DNA of 64,000 nucleotides from an uncultured Chloroflexia bacterium (lineage in GTDB: Bacteria > Chloroflexota > Limnocylindria > QHBO01). The stretch covers positions 259,277 through 323,276 of the forward strand of contig CAWBKO010000009.1 in NCBI GenBank assembly GCA_963789435.1, read 5' to 3'. Positions 63,391 to 64,000 of the stretch are shown here, in pieces (within the stretch, counting starts at the first letter, position 1; the number at the start of each line of letters is the position of its first letter). Both the position numbers and the translations under genes were made by a program. A model generated the notes under the pieces. The model had not been told where the DNA came from. It did not search any database and was given only the letters and a program-made list of their open reading frames with translations.

Positions 63391-64000
63391 ATGATCGAAC
63401 ATCCGGTAGTGATCGCCGGGGGCGGTCCGACGGGACTGATGCTGGCGGGCGAGCTGGCGTTGGCCGGCGTCGACGTCGCCATCGTCGAGCGGCGTGCCAG
63501 TCAGGTCCTCGCTGGGTCTCGCGCAGGCGGCCTGCAGTCACGCACGATCGAGATCCTCGACCAACGTGGAATCGCCGATCGGTTCCTCTCGGAGGGGCAG
63601 GTGGCCCAGGTCGCGGGGTTCGCCAGCGTCCGTTTGGACATCAGTGACGTTCCCACCCGGCATCCCTACGGGCTGGGGCTGTGGCAGAACCACATCGAGC
63701 GCATCCTCGCCGGCTGGGTCGCCGAGCTCGAGGTGCCGATCCAGTACGGCACCGAGGTCACCGGTTTCGCGCAGGACGACACCGGCGTCGGCGTCGCGCT
63801 GTCGGACGGTCAGTCGCTCAGGGCGGAGTATCTCGTCGGCTGCGATGGGGGGCGCAGTCTGATCCGCAAGGCAGCCGGAATCGGGTTCCCCGGGTGGGAT
63901 CCGACGACGAGCAGCCTGATCGCTGAGGTCGAGATGACCGAGGAGCCAGAAACGGGCATTCGTCGCACTCCCTCGGGCACGCATGCGATCGGCAAGGTGG
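63391..64000 (+). CDS. FAD-dependent aromatic-ring monooxygenase (PheA/TfdB-like), 3' end outside the window
   Basis: Frame 1, open to the window edge (so absent from the ORF track). GGAAGGG before the ATG. VVIAGGGPTGLMLAGELALAGVDVAIVERR (GxGxxG), YLVGCDGGRSLIRK (DG motif). Confidence 0.8.
   Translation, partial: MIEHPVVIAGGGPTGLMLAGELALAGVDVAIVERRASQVLAGSRAGGLQSRTIEILDQRGIADRFLSEGQVAQVAGFASVRLDISDVPTRHPYGLGLWQNHIERILAGWVAELEVPIQYGTEVTGFAQDDTGVGVALSDGQSLRAEYLVGCDGGRSLIRKAAGIGFPGWDPTTSSLIAEVEMTEEPETGIRRTPSGTHAIGKV

Overview
Very GC-rich chromosomal segment (about 70 % by eye, not computed; third codon positions are almost all G/C). Gene content looks Actinobacteria- or Chloroflexi-like: acyl-ACP desaturase, an MshC-like ligase, dodecin, and a T-box-controlled trp operon. 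I see about 70 protein genes, one tRNA, and no rRNA, CRISPR array, transposase or integrase.

Gene order:
- Two divergent membrane glycosyltransferases.
- An intact glycine-betaine-type ABC transporter (ATPase with CBS domains, two permeases, lipoprotein binding protein).
- DUF1684, TPM/DUF2207, dodecin, a PHP-domain protein, a phosphotriesterase-like hydrolase, and a PadR pair.
- A glutamate-dehydrogenase homologue, an acyl-ACP desaturase, an acyl-CoA mutase large subunit, a 5'-3' exonuclease, a SpoIID-like protein and an ornithine cyclodeaminase.
- A CysS/MshC-like ligase, a dppABCDF-type peptide transporter, an S9 peptidase and an acyl-CoA dehydrogenase.
- An FTR1 iron permease behind an IdeR/DtxR-like box.
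- trpD-trpC-trpF-trpB-trpA behind a Trp-specific T-box riboswitch.
- A rhomboid protease and a potADBC-type transporter.
- A tightly coupled cluster: fused E1 dehydrogenase, FabD-like acyltransferase, AlkA-like glycosylase, GT1.
- tRNA-Arg(UCU), PTS enzyme I plus HPr, a LUD-domain protein and MarR.
- At the right edge, two 5'-truncated gene remnants joined head to head.

The dominant oddity is about 70 reading-frame breaks in about 24 otherwise full-length genes. They are clustered in blocks and strongly biased toward +1, which I interpret as most likely insertion-type assembly errors. I call those genes pseudogene (as assembled). I found no convincing candidate for a new defence-type or mobile system. 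The best biological signals are the Trp T-box, a GDH homologue lacking the catalytic lysine, an apparent trpC-trpF-trpB continuous frame, and the deletion junction at about 62.84 kb.
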